A stretch of DNA of 64,000 nucleotides from Terriglobia bacterium (GTDB taxonomy: Bacteria > Acidobacteriota > Terriglobia > Acidiferrales > UBA7541). A program made the position numbers and the translations under genes. The first letter of the stretch is position 1; every line of letters begins with the position of its first letter. The stretch lies in NCBI GenBank assembly GCA_963695545.1, contig OY968796.1, forward strand, positions 3,520,001 through 3,584,000. The letters run 5' to 3'. Under the pieces are notes generated by a model, which did no database searches, had not been told where the DNA came from, and saw only the letters and a list, made by a program, of their open reading frames with translations. Positions 1-9,518 of this stretch are shown piece by piece.

Positions 1-736
1 CTCCGGCCAAGCAAGTGCGGCTGCTGCGCCAGCGAGCACCGATGCGTCCGCTTCGGGCGGCTTCTCCCAAGATTCATCCGGCACGGCGCCTGCGGGTCAA
101 GACGCTTCCGCCTCGGGAGGATTTAGTCAGGATGCGTCCGCGACCGGCGCTGCTACCCAAGACCCCAACGCCACCGCGGCCAGCTTTTCTCAAACCGCGT
201 CCGCCACGCCCGCCAGCTCGTTCACTCAAAGTTGCTGCGCCAGTTCAATTGCGAGCCTGCAAACAATATTTACGTCGGTCGTGACCATGATTCCGCAATT
301 CAGCGCGGAGTTCAAAAACCTGAACAACGTATTCGCAGGATTGAACATGCTTGCCACGGTGATGTCCAGTGCAAGTCAGATCAAGAATGATTTCGTGGCG
401 CTGAAGAAAGCGCCCAACGCGCAAGCGGCACTCGCCGCGCTCGCCAGCCTCTCGACGGCGCTGCAAAACTTGAGCCAGGGGATTTCAACACAATTTTCAA
501 GTCTCAGCGCTGCGCCGGCGTCAGCAAGTTTGGGAGGCACGATTGGCAACCAGGCAATCGGGAACCAGGCGACGGGAGCATCTGCGACTACCGCGACCGG
601 CGCCCAGGCTGCCAGCTCCGGCACATCCACAGGTCAGACTGCGGGTTCGACGGCGAATTCGACCACGAGTTCCACCGCGAACACCGCCAAAAGCAGTGCG
701 ATCAACAAGCTTAAGAGCAAGATCCCGCCGTTCTAG
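1..736 (+). CDS. Low-complexity Ala/Ser/Thr-rich protein, 5'-partial, probably secreted
   Basis: Frame of ORF 281-736 is open back to nt 2 (SGQASAAAAPASTDASASGGFSQD...), with an internal DASASGGFSQD repeat and a CC pair; ends KSKIPPF*. Confidence 0.7.
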   Translation, partial: SGQASAAAAPASTDASASGGFSQDSSGTAPAGQDASASGGFSQDASATGAATQDPNATAASFSQTASATPASSFTQSCCASSIASLQTIFTSVVTMIPQFSAEFKNLNNVFAGLNMLATVMSSASQIKNDFVALKKAPNAQAALAALASLSTALQNLSQGISTQFSSLSAAPASASLGGTIGNQAIGNQATGASATTATGAQAASSGTSTGQTAGSTANSTTSSTANTAKSSAINKLKSKIPPF

Positions 737-808
737 ACGCCGCAGTGTGTGGCGGTGACGCGGATTCACTGTCGGGCGGGTCAAACCCGCCGAAAGCCGA
801 AGGATGTC

Positions 809-1732
809 ATGAACCGTTCCGGTTTAATCACAGTTTTTTTCGCGGTAATAGCCGCCGCGGTTGCCTTCGAGTCCGGCGTTGCGCCCGCTTCGGCGCGACA
901 AACCACAACGACGCATAAAGCAACGACGGCCGCTGCTCCGAAAGCGACGACAGCTGTGGCCGCTGCGGCGCCGGCCAATCCTTGCTGCTCGATCACCGCG
1001 ATCAATGCGTCGACAGGAATCGTTACGGCTCGCGTGACTGCAACGGGCCAGACATTCACGTTTGCAGCAGGCGGCAGCGCGCTGAGCTCACTGAGAGTGG
1101 GCCAGGGCATCTATGCGAATTTGAGCGCCAAGCAGGTCTCGCTCGACGGCAAAACTTCCTGCTGCGCCATCCTGAGCACAGCGGTCGCGGCGCAAGCAGC
1201 CACCTCCGCGCTCACCGGCTCCGCGCCGGCATCAACTGGTCCATGCTGTTCTGTCACCGCGGTAAACGCCCAATCCAACCTGGCCACGGCGGAGTCTGTC
1301 ACGGGAACATATTTCGTTTTCTCATTGAACCGGATCCTGGGCATTACCCCGACGGTGTCCGTGGGCCAAAAAGTGTATGCGAACTTCTCAACCAAAGCGG
1401 TGTCGCTGGATGGATCCCAGCAATCGGGCACCATCAAGTACCTTTGCACCGCGACCCCGAATGTACCGTGTCCCGGTCATGCCGCCACCTGCGAACCGTG
1501 TCCCGTAGGTGCCGCCAACTGCGAGACGCAAACTTATACCGCGGGCATCGGGTGTCCCACCGTAACGATCCAAACGCTAATTACATCGTGCGCGCCTAAC
1601 TACTATGGACCGACCTGCAGCGTATACGCCGATGCTGCGAGCACGTGCAGCGGCCACGGGACGGTGAGCTCTTCTGGTGCTTGCGTGTGCGACCCGGGGT
1701 ACCGCGAACCGAATTGCGCCACGCAGAATTGA
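809..1732 (+). CDS. Secreted protein with two CC-repeat domains and a Cys-rich/EGF-like C-terminus (paralog A)
   Basis: ATG 809 after AAGGA; signal-peptide-like N-terminus; 2x CCxxTAxNA...VGQxxYAN...VSLDG; ends CSGHG..CVCDPGYREPNC. Confidence 0.85.
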   Translation: MNRSGLITVFFAVIAAAVAFESGVAPASARQTTTTHKATTAAAPKATTAVAAAAPANPCCSITAINASTGIVTARVTATGQTFTFAAGGSALSSLRVGQGIYANLSAKQVSLDGKTSCCAILSTAVAAQAATSALTGSAPASTGPCCSVTAVNAQSNLATAESVTGTYFVFSLNRILGITPTVSVGQKVYANFSTKAVSLDGSQQSGTIKYLCTATPNVPCPGHAATCEPCPVGAANCETQTYTAGIGCPTVTIQTLITSCAPNYYGPTCSVYADAASTCSGHGTVSSSGACVCDPGYREPNCATQN

Positions 1733-2056
1733 GGATCGCCGGCCCGCGATTATTGCAGTGATTCCTTTGTCGGGGAGTGAAAACCGTTCTGAAAAGACCG
1801 CGGCACTTCGTAAATCCTGAGTGGTTCTTCGGCTCGCGCGTGTCGTTTGCCTGCGCGCCGGCGACCGACGGGGCGGCTCTTCAGGACGTTGATTTTGCGA
1901 CGAACGACGCGGCCCTCAAGGCTGTGGGGATCGCCCGCGGCGCCTATGCAATCTTCGAGCCGGGGCAAGATCCCGCCGTTCTAGGCGCTGCAGCGTGTGG
2001 CAGGGACGCGGAATCACGGTCGGGCGAATCAAGGCCATCGAAAGCGGAGGGATATA

Positions 2057-3055
2057 ATGAAGCGTTCCGGTCTAATCGCAGTTTTCTTGGCGGTAATCGC
2101 CGCCGCGGTTGCCTTCGAGTCCGGCGTTGCGCCGGCCTCGGCGCGACAAACCACAACGACGCATCGAGCAACGACGACCGGTGCTCCGAAAGCGACGACT
2201 GCTGTGGCGGCCGCAGCCCGGGCAAGTGCCTGCTGCACAGTCACCGCCATCAATGCGTCGACAGGAATCGTTACGGCTCGCGTGACCGCCACAGGCCAGA
2301 CATTTACGTTCGCGGCAAGCGGCAGCGTGCTGAATTCACTGAGAGTGGGCCAGGGCGTCTACGCGAATTTGACCGCCAAACAGGTCTCGCTCGACGGCAA
2401 AACTTCCTGCTGCGCCATCCTGAGTACAGCGGTCGCGGCGCAAGCAGCCACCTCCGCGCTCAGCGGCGCAGCGCCGGCATCAACTGGCCCGTGCTGTTCC
2501 ATCACCGCGGTAAATGCCCAGTCCAACCTGATCACCGGCGAATCTGCCACGGGAATATATTTCGTTTTCTCATTGACCTCGATCATGGCCATTCCCCCAG
2601 GCGTGTCGGTGGGCCGGAAAGTGTACGCGAACTTCTCAACCAAAGCGGTGTCGCTGGACGGCTCCCTGGCCGCGGGCACCATCAAGTACCTTTGCACCGT
2701 GCCTGCGAATCAGAATCAACCGTGTCCCGTAGGCGCCGCCACCTGCGAGATGCAACCTGAGACCGCGGGCGTCGGCTGTCCTCCCGTAATGGTCCAAACA
2801 TCCACTCCGGCGTCGTGCAAGACCGGCTACCATGGCCCCACCTGTGCTCTTTCCGCCGCATGCCCGCCCGGGAATGGCGTTTCCAGCGGCGGGATAGGCG
2901 GCACTGCCATCTGCACATGCAACGAAGGGTTCGCTGGAGCATCCTGCCAATATAGCAACGCCAGCACGTGCAGCGGCCACGGGACGGCGAACGATTCTGG
3001 TACTTGCACGTGCAACGCCGGCTACAGCGGAGCGAATTGCGCCGCGCAGAATTGA
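2057..3055 (+). CDS. Secreted protein with two CC-repeat domains and two EGF-like repeats (paralog B)
   Basis: ATG 2057 after GGAGG; N-terminal two-thirds highly similar to 809-1732; CTCNEGFAGASC and CSGHG..CTCNAGYSGANC. Confidence 0.85.
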   Translation: MKRSGLIAVFLAVIAAAVAFESGVAPASARQTTTTHRATTTGAPKATTAVAAAARASACCTVTAINASTGIVTARVTATGQTFTFAASGSVLNSLRVGQGVYANLTAKQVSLDGKTSCCAILSTAVAAQAATSALSGAAPASTGPCCSITAVNAQSNLITGESATGIYFVFSLTSIMAIPPGVSVGRKVYANFSTKAVSLDGSLAAGTIKYLCTVPANQNQPCPVGAATCEMQPETAGVGCPPVMVQTSTPASCKTGYHGPTCALSAACPPGNGVSSGGIGGTAICTCNEGFAGASCQYSNASTCSGHGTANDSGTCTCNAGYSGANCAAQN

Positions 3056-3151
3056 GGATCGAGGGCCGAAGATCGTTGCATTGATTCCTTTGTCGGGGAG
3101 TGAAAACCGTCCTGAAAGCGCCGCGGCGAGGCTCGCGAAAGTGAGGCAACC

Positions 3152-5986
3152 ATGAAGCGAATCGCATTGCTGCTCTTATGCTGCGCGGCGTTCGCGACAA
3201 GCGCGCACGCGCAAGCGCCATGCTGCACGGTAACGGCAATTAATTCCTCGACGGGCATCGTCACCGCCAAAGTCAACGCGAGCGGCGCGGCGTTCCAATT
3301 CAAGCTGCCGAACACAAGTTACCTGTCGTCGCTGCGCGTCGGCCAAGGCGTGTACGCGAATTTCACTTCGCGACAAGTCTCGCTCAACGGAAGCGCGGTA
3401 TGTTGCTCGATCACTAGCGGGCCCACAGCTCCCGCCGCCGCTGCTGCCGCCGCGCCAGCGACGGCGCCGAAGCCGGCCGTCGCACCACCCGTCGCGAGCG
3501 CTCCCGCTGTAAAGCCTGCCTCGGCGGCGCCGGCCGGCGCTTGTTGCGTAGTCGCATCTATCAATGCCGCCGCCGGTCAGGGCACCGGCCGCGTGACCGC
3601 CACAAACCAGGTCTTCACGTTCACCGCGAGTGCCAGCGCGCTCGGTTCGCTGCAAGTCGGGCAAGCCATCTTCGCTAATTTCACCAGCAAGCAAGTCTCG
3701 TTCGACGGCAAGAGCGCCGGCGGCGCCATCACCAGCGGCCCACAGGCCGCGTCGGCGGCACCGGCAATAGCGCCCGCCGCAAAACCAGTTACCGCGCCGT
3801 CCGCCGCTGCGCCCACGGCTGCCACGCCTGCTCCCAGCGCGGCATCCGCGCCTGCTGCCTCAACGGCCGCTCCACCCGCCGCGAGTTCCGCCGCTTCACA
3901 GTCCACGGCGGTTCCTCCGTCCGCCGCTGCGCTCGCGCCGACCGCATCCGCCGCGACGCCCAGCTCAAAATCCATGTCGTCTGCCAGCGCCATTGCCGTG
4001 AAGGCGCCGGCCTCATCCGCATCGCTGATGACGCCCGAAGCCGTGGCTCTGGCCTGTATGGCGGCGGGCGCTATCACGGGCGCGCAATCCAAACCGGCTT
4101 CCACCTCCACTATTGCTGCATCGAAGAGTAGTTCAACATCGAGCAGCAAGTCGGCGTCGCAAACCACCTCCGCGCAATCTTGCCGTCCCTCGCTCACATA
4201 CGGAACTCCCCAGCCGATACCCACTTTATCCGCCCCCGCGGCGCTAGTTCTCCTGCGCCCTCAGCCCACCGTAAGGTGGGAAGCGCGCTCACTAACCGCC
4301 GTGGTGGCTGGCAAATCCACATCGGCCAACATCATTCACGTTCACGGCCTCGATGGCATTCAGCAGGCCCAGGGCCTGCCCGATGCCGCCCGGGATTTCC
4401 TGATCTTGCACGTCAAGCAGCTCCCCGCGGGGTCAGCCGACGGTTACATCATCAATCTCGATCTCGCAAACGAGTGGGCCAAGACGCATCCCGCGCCTCC
4501 CTCCGCGACGCCCACCGCGCCCAAGAGCGACGGCACCGCCGGATGCGACAGCTTTTCCTGGCACTGCGCGCAGCAGGCCGGACAGCACGCCATCGATCAA
4601 GCTTCCCAGCAAGCCGATCAGCTCCGCGAGCAGGCCGAAAAAGATTGGGGCACCGCGACCGGCGATGCCACCAAACTTTGGAATGAAACCGGAGCTTGTT
4701 TCAACGAACAGCCACTCAATGCATCCGGCGCCACTGGCCAGCTCAACGCCAAGCCCAGCATCGGCTACACGCTCACGGAATCCGGCAAGACCTCATCCGG
4801 CGGCGTCTCCGTCTCCGGAACGGCCACCGGAAAAATCAATCTCGCGCTTCCCTTCGGCGGTGATTTCCAGGCCACCGCCTCCGCGACATTCATCCCCTGC
4901 CTGCCTTTCATGATCCGGCCCACCGGCTTCTCCGGAGGTGGGGATTTCACCATCGGAAGCACGCTGACCGCCTCGCTCAACGCCAGCGGCAAATTTGAAT
5001 ACAAACTCCAGATTCCCGATCCTTCCACCGGCGTTGCGCCGAAGATTCCGCTCGAGGTCATTCCCATCGTGATCTTCGGCGTTCCGATCTGTGAAATGGA
5101 CGTCAGCGCCTACTTCGAGGGCGATTTGGATATCACCGCCACGGGCAAATTGACCGCCAACTTTGAATTGGATAATCCGCACGAGATCACATTCAACTTC
5201 GCATGCTCGGAATCGAGTTGTTCGGGATCCACCGCCACCAAAAAGCTACCCACCACCGCCGCCGAAAATGCCCAACTCAGCGGACAAATCGCCGTCACTC
5301 CCGCCGTCTACACCGCGATTCAGTTGGATTTCGATGTTGACCTTGTCTCCGTTCGCTCGGGTCCCGAGCCCACGCTTTATGGCGTCCTTTCCGGCTGCAT
5401 CGCCGGAACTGCCACGCAAACCGTCGGCGGAGGGCCATCCTCCTCCGAATCGTGGCACCTTCTGACCGGCGACGTGGATTGGGGCGTGCAAGAGCGCTCG
5501 GATCTCCTGATATTTGGCACGCAGGTCGGCAACTCGTGGATGTTTCCCACGATTCTTGGCAGGACCCATCTTTGGTACGACGATCTGTACCCCGGCGGTT
5601 CAACCGCGCTTGACCCGATCGTCGCCGGCCCATCGCAAGCCGCAAGCGGGACCACTGCGGCGTACAAAGTTTCGATGCCCGGATGCTATCCGTACACCGA
5701 CAAGATCACTTACAAAGTAGCGTGGACCGGCAGCGCCAAGGGCACTAACGCCAGCACGCCCGGTGACTGCCTGCTCGGCGACGGCGGCGCGCAGTGCGTG
5801 TCCGCTCCCGCCACGCCCTTCGGCGTTGATTTCGTCTGGCCCGCGGCCGGCAGCGATTCGCTCACCGCGGTTCCCGTCTCGGACACTCATGGCCGCGTCT
5901 TTAAGTCAGCGCAGCCCACGCAGGTAAACGTCGCCGTGTCGGGTCCAACTCTGTCTCCGCCCGCCGACACCGCGATCAAGCCGTGA
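3152..5986 (+). CDS. Large secreted protein: two CC-repeat domains, Ala/Pro/Ser linker, beta-rich Cys-containing body
   Basis: GAGG RBS; signal peptide ending AHA-Q; same CC domain at 3221 and 3542; 944-aa ORF. Confidence 0.85.
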   Translation: MKRIALLLLCCAAFATSAHAQAPCCTVTAINSSTGIVTAKVNASGAAFQFKLPNTSYLSSLRVGQGVYANFTSRQVSLNGSAVCCSITSGPTAPAAAAAAAPATAPKPAVAPPVASAPAVKPASAAPAGACCVVASINAAAGQGTGRVTATNQVFTFTASASALGSLQVGQAIFANFTSKQVSFDGKSAGGAITSGPQAASAAPAIAPAAKPVTAPSAAAPTAATPAPSAASAPAASTAAPPAASSAASQSTAVPPSAAALAPTASAATPSSKSMSSASAIAVKAPASSASLMTPEAVALACMAAGAITGAQSKPASTSTIAASKSSSTSSSKSASQTTSAQSCRPSLTYGTPQPIPTLSAPAALVLLRPQPTVRWEARSLTAVVAGKSTSANIIHVHGLDGIQQAQGLPDAARDFLILHVKQLPAGSADGYIINLDLANEWAKTHPAPPSATPTAPKSDGTAGCDSFSWHCAQQAGQHAIDQASQQADQLREQAEKDWGTATGDATKLWNETGACFNEQPLNASGATGQLNAKPSIGYTLTESGKTSSGGVSVSGTATGKINLALPFGGDFQATASATFIPCLPFMIRPTGFSGGGDFTIGSTLTASLNASGKFEYKLQIPDPSTGVAPKIPLEVIPIVIFGVPICEMDVSAYFEGDLDITATGKLTANFELDNPHEITFNFACSESSCSGSTATKKLPTTAAENAQLSGQIAVTPAVYTAIQLDFDVDLVSVRSGPEPTLYGVLSGCIAGTATQTVGGGPSSSESWHLLTGDVDWGVQERSDLLIFGTQVGNSWMFPTILGRTHLWYDDLYPGGSTALDPIVAGPSQAASGTTAAYKVSMPGCYPYTDKITYKVAWTGSAKGTNASTPGDCLLGDGGAQCVSAPATPFGVDFVWPAAGSDSLTAVPVSDTHGRVFKSAQPTQVNVAVSGPTLSPPADTAIKP

Positions 5987-5995
5987 TCGCGGCGC

Positions 5996-7846
5996 TCACT
6001 CGCCACCCGGCCGCGTTGCGGTCGTCTGCGCCATGCACGCCGGATCCGTAGTCTTCGTGACGATCGCCGACGGCGCATCGTTTTCGGTTTGCGCCGGCGG
6101 AGTCTCGCCGCTTTGGATATATTTCCCCGCGATCTCCGTGCCGTCCGCCGACAAAGCCCCCACAAATTTCCGCGGCGGCGCGCCCCCGATGAAACCCCCG
6201 TAGCCCGCTTGGTCGAGCGTCACCGTCTCGCCGTCAACGGTGATTGCCCAGCGATCTCCTGAATCGTCGACGAGCCATTCCGTTCCCGAATACGGCGCCC
6301 CGTCGTACGGCCGCGCCGAACTATTCTTCAGCCAGGCCATAAATGTGCCATCCGCCGCTCGATCGATACTCATGCAGCTCGCCATCATCACCGAGCCTCC
6401 AAGCTGCGATTGCGGCAGCAGCCACGTTCCCACCAGCGGACTCTGATTCTCCGTAACCGAAGCACCCGGCCGCGCGAGCTGCACCTGTTTTGTCACGCCA
6501 TCGCGCGTGTACGCGCCCGTCCACACTTGCTGCGCCTGGTCAAATTTCAGATCCAATGCGAAATCCGGATGCGCGAAGTCGTCGCTCGCGCGATTGCTTT
6601 TAAATAACGCCTGCAACCTTTGCCCGTCCCACGACGCCGACATCGTGGCCGACGCATTTGTGATGTTTAGTCCCGCCGAAAACCACATGCGCTGTTCTTT
6701 CCCGTTCACCCTTTGATAGAACTCAAATTCAAGCGGTGACGTGAACGTCGCGGAAACGTCGCTCGCCACCGCGCCTTGATTCACCGTCACTTCGCGCCCG
6801 TCGCGCACGTGCAGGAATATTCCCACCTCCGCGCCCGAGCCCAGCGCCGGATCCGCGAATTCCCATGGTCCGCCCAGCGCCCACGCCCGCGGCCCTCCTG
6901 GCGCGATCGGAATCTCCGCGGCCTTGGCTCGCGCCTCGGCCGCGGCCCGCTCCGCATCCATATCGTGCACCGTGTAACCTGCGGGCGCCTCGAACAAACT
7001 CGCATCCGGCTCGCCACGCACAATGTGATCGAGTTGCTCCTGCGACGTGCCTCCGTCGGGTTCGATGCGCGTCCGCAGCAGCGTCACGCGCAGTTCCGGC
7101 GAGCTCCACGTCTCATCGACCATCACCGTCACGCCGTTTCCGCCGGAAGATTCGCCCGCCGGTCGCATCGACGTCAGCCGGCAACCGCGCACCGCAATTC
7201 CCTGCATGGTGCGCTCGCCGAGATCTTGCTCCACGCTGTTTTGCGCCATTCTCCCGCGCGCCACCAGCTGCTCCTCGCGCTCACACGCATCCAGCGGCAT
7301 CGCGCCTATCTGCTCCGGCCGCAAATTCATCTTCATCACCATCTTCGCTTGATCGTTCCAATTCAATCTCACTTGCGCCACGGGATCGGTCACGCTCCCG
7401 CCCGCCGGAATAAATGTCCTGCCGCGATCCTGCCCCGGCAACGGCACCACCGGCGATCCCTCATTTCCTCGATAGACGCGCCCCTGCGAATCCCGCGCCA
7501 CAATCCCGTGATACTCATAAACGCGTTGCGTCCCGTCCGGCATGGTCTGAATCCTTCGCGTGTTGAACTCCGCGCGAAACGGTTCTCCGGTCACAATCGG
7601 AAACGCGTTCACCGGGTCCCCGCCCGTCTCGCCCGGAATCGCCCCCGGCGCCCACTCGCTCGAAAGCGGAGGCATCGCCTGCGCCGGTGTTTGCGCCGAC
7701 CCCTGCGGCGAATTCTGTCCCGCACTTTGCGCCGCGTTGTCCCCCGTGCTCTGCGCCGGAGCCTGCGCCGACCCCGCGCCCGTCGCCACGATCGCGCAAA
7801 CCACTCCGGCCAGCGCCATACTCAGGAATTGTTTTGCCGCCATCAT
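5996..7846 (-). CDS. Secreted hypothetical protein (N-terminal region with ETWSSPEL...EPDASLFEAPAGY motif)
   Basis: GGAGGTG RBS before ATG 7846/7843; signal-peptide-like start; long ORF. Confidence 0.75.
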   Translation of the reverse strand: MMAAKQFLSMALAGVVCAIVATGAGSAQAPAQSTGDNAAQSAGQNSPQGSAQTPAQAMPPLSSEWAPGAIPGETGGDPVNAFPIVTGEPFRAEFNTRRIQTMPDGTQRVYEYHGIVARDSQGRVYRGNEGSPVVPLPGQDRGRTFIPAGGSVTDPVAQVRLNWNDQAKMVMKMNLRPEQIGAMPLDACEREEQLVARGRMAQNSVEQDLGERTMQGIAVRGCRLTSMRPAGESSGGNGVTVMVDETWSSPELRVTLLRTRIEPDGGTSQEQLDHIVRGEPDASLFEAPAGYTVHDMDAERAAAEARAKAAEIPIAPGGPRAWALGGPWEFADPALGSGAEVGIFLHVRDGREVTVNQGAVASDVSATFTSPLEFEFYQRVNGKEQRMWFSAGLNITNASATMSASWDGQRLQALFKSNRASDDFAHPDFALDLKFDQAQQVWTGAYTRDGVTKQVQLARPGASVTENQSPLVGTWLLPQSQLGGSVMMASCMSIDRAADGTFMAWLKNSSARPYDGAPYSGTEWLVDDSGDRWAITVDGETVTLDQAGYGGFIGGAPPRKFVGALSADGTEIAGKYIQSGETPPAQTENDAPSAIVTKTTDPACMAQTTATRPGGE

Positions 7847-8063
7847 TCGCGCACCTCCGTTCCACCGCTCCCATACCCAGTACCACAGAAGCCATTTTCT
7901 CCCGCAGGGTTGTTTCTCATCTCCGCCTCGCCGCCGAAAACCGGCCACGGACGGAACGCTTTCCGAACGTTTGTCTGCCGTGCCGCAGCCTGTTCGCGAA
8001 AACACCGCCGTTCCGCGTTACCATAGCCTTTGTTCTCACACTCCCCTGCCGGAGAGCCTTCCA

Positions 8064-8888
8064 ATGCGGCCTGAGGCGACGAATGACGCGAAAGTACGCG
8101 CAGCGTCTATATACAACGCTGCGGCCGACTGTTTCGATGCGCCATCCCTTTCGTTCTGGGACCGCATCGGCCAGCGAACCGTCGCGCGAATGTCGCTGAA
8201 GGCCGGTGCGTGCGTCCTGGATGCGTGCTGCGGCAGCGGAGCCTCTGCCATTCCGGCGGCGCAAGCCATAGGCCTGCGCGGGCGCTTACTCGGTGTCGAT
8301 TTAGCCGAGAATCTCCTCCTCTTGGCGCGAGCGAAAGCATCGCAACTCGGCCTCGCCCACACTGAGTTCCGCGTGCAAGATATCGAGGAGCTCGATCCTT
8401 CCGCGGAAATGTTCGACGCGGTGATTTGCGTGTTCGGTATCTTCTTTGTGCCGGACATGCCTTCGGGCGTTCGTTCCCTTTGGCGAGTTCTCCGACCCGG
8501 CGGCCAGCTTGCAATCACCACCTGGGGACCGCGCTTCTTGGAATCCGGGAGTTCCGCTTTCTGGAACGCCGTGCGCAACGAGCGTCCGGACCTCTACAAG
8601 ACTTACAATCCATGGGACCGCATCAACGATCCGCGCGCGCTTGCATCCATGCTGCTCGAAGCCGGTGTGCACACAGATGATCTACTCGCAGAGGCCGGTG
8701 CTCAGCCGCTAAGTTCTCCGGAGGATTTCTGGACCATGGCAATGGGAACAGGCTACCGCGGCACGATCGAGCAGCTAGATCAGGAAACCCGCAACCGCGT
8801 GCGCCAAGCGACCCTGAACCACATCTCGAAAGATCGCGTGCAAAGCGTCGAAACCAACGCCGTCTATGCAATCGCGCGCAAACCATAG
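8064..8888 (+). CDS. Class I SAM-dependent methyltransferase (UbiE-like)
   Basis: VLDACCGSG motif I, GVDLA, FDAVIC, LRPGG; GGAGA RBS. Confidence 0.9.
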   Translation: MRPEATNDAKVRAASIYNAAADCFDAPSLSFWDRIGQRTVARMSLKAGACVLDACCGSGASAIPAAQAIGLRGRLLGVDLAENLLLLARAKASQLGLAHTEFRVQDIEELDPSAEMFDAVICVFGIFFVPDMPSGVRSLWRVLRPGGQLAITTWGPRFLESGSSAFWNAVRNERPDLYKTYNPWDRINDPRALASMLLEAGVHTDDLLAEAGAQPLSSPEDFWTMAMGTGYRGTIEQLDQETRNRVRQATLNHISKDRVQSVETNAVYAIARKP

Positions 8889-9365
8889 CGCCCCGTAAAT
8901 TTCACGCGGCTAAACATCCATAGCATCGCAGCGCAGTCAGTTTTCCAACGGAATTGCTCCATCAGTCGGGATTTCCGCCTCGAAGCGCGCAACCTCGCCG
9001 CGCCCCTCCCGCCACTCACCACCCGCCACTAGCCACGCGAAATCCCTTTTCGCCCGTAACTCGCCAGGTTAAACGCCTTGCTCATGCCCTGAATGTCTCG
9101 CTCCGTAAAAAGCGGGCGAATGTCCGCTTGATAACTCATTGGTTTGGTCACTGCCCCCTTGCAAGCTCCGGATTGCAAGTATGCCTCGCTCACACCTCGT
9201 GAATCGAAATCGCCCTGTCTCTCGATGTCAAAGCGTAGGATTTTTCTTTTCCAGTCAAAGTTTTAGGTCCGCGTTGCAACATTCTTAGCACGCATGCCGT
9301 CGTGCGCCGCCTAGACCGGCGCGCCAATTCCTTCTCGCCTCTTACCCTCCCGGACTCGAAAAGCC

Positions 9366-9381
9366 TGGCTAAAGCATTGCA
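9366..9381 (+). promoter_or_regulatory. Putative sigma54 -24/-12 promoter
   Basis: TGGCTAAAGCATTGCA has exact GG-N10-GC spacing, ~140 bp upstream of ATG 9519. Confidence 0.5.
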
Positions 9382-9518
9382 TACCGACTCAAGTGGGTGT
9401 AGCTTCTCCCGCAGTCAGCACAAAACCTCCGTTCATATCTCCGAGCAACCAGGCGGAGACGTGTTGGCATGGGTCCCGTCCGTTTCAAAATGGAAATACT
9501 CGACTGCGGGAGGCGGCC

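Larger units (their letters stand above)
717..3127 (+). repeat. Diverged tandem duplication, units ~717-1805 and ~1965-3127, separated by ~160 bp of unrelated DNA
   Basis: GCAAGATCCCGCCGTTCTAG at 717 and 1965; GATTCCTTTGTCGGGGAGTGAAAACCGT downstream of both genes. Confidence 0.9.

Noticed and set aside
770..808. GGCGGGTCAAACCCGCCGAAAG resembling a c-di-GMP-I riboswitch
   Set aside because: Lacks the GACGCAAAGC/P3 part, and the hairpin is not kept in the duplicate at ~2020
1741..1757. GG...TTGCA as a sigma54 promoter after paralogs A and B
   Set aside because: Spacing is GG-N12-GC, not N10
9010..9037. CCACTCACCACCCGCCACTAGCCAC heptamer-like run
   Set aside because: Only about four degenerate units; no function can be supported
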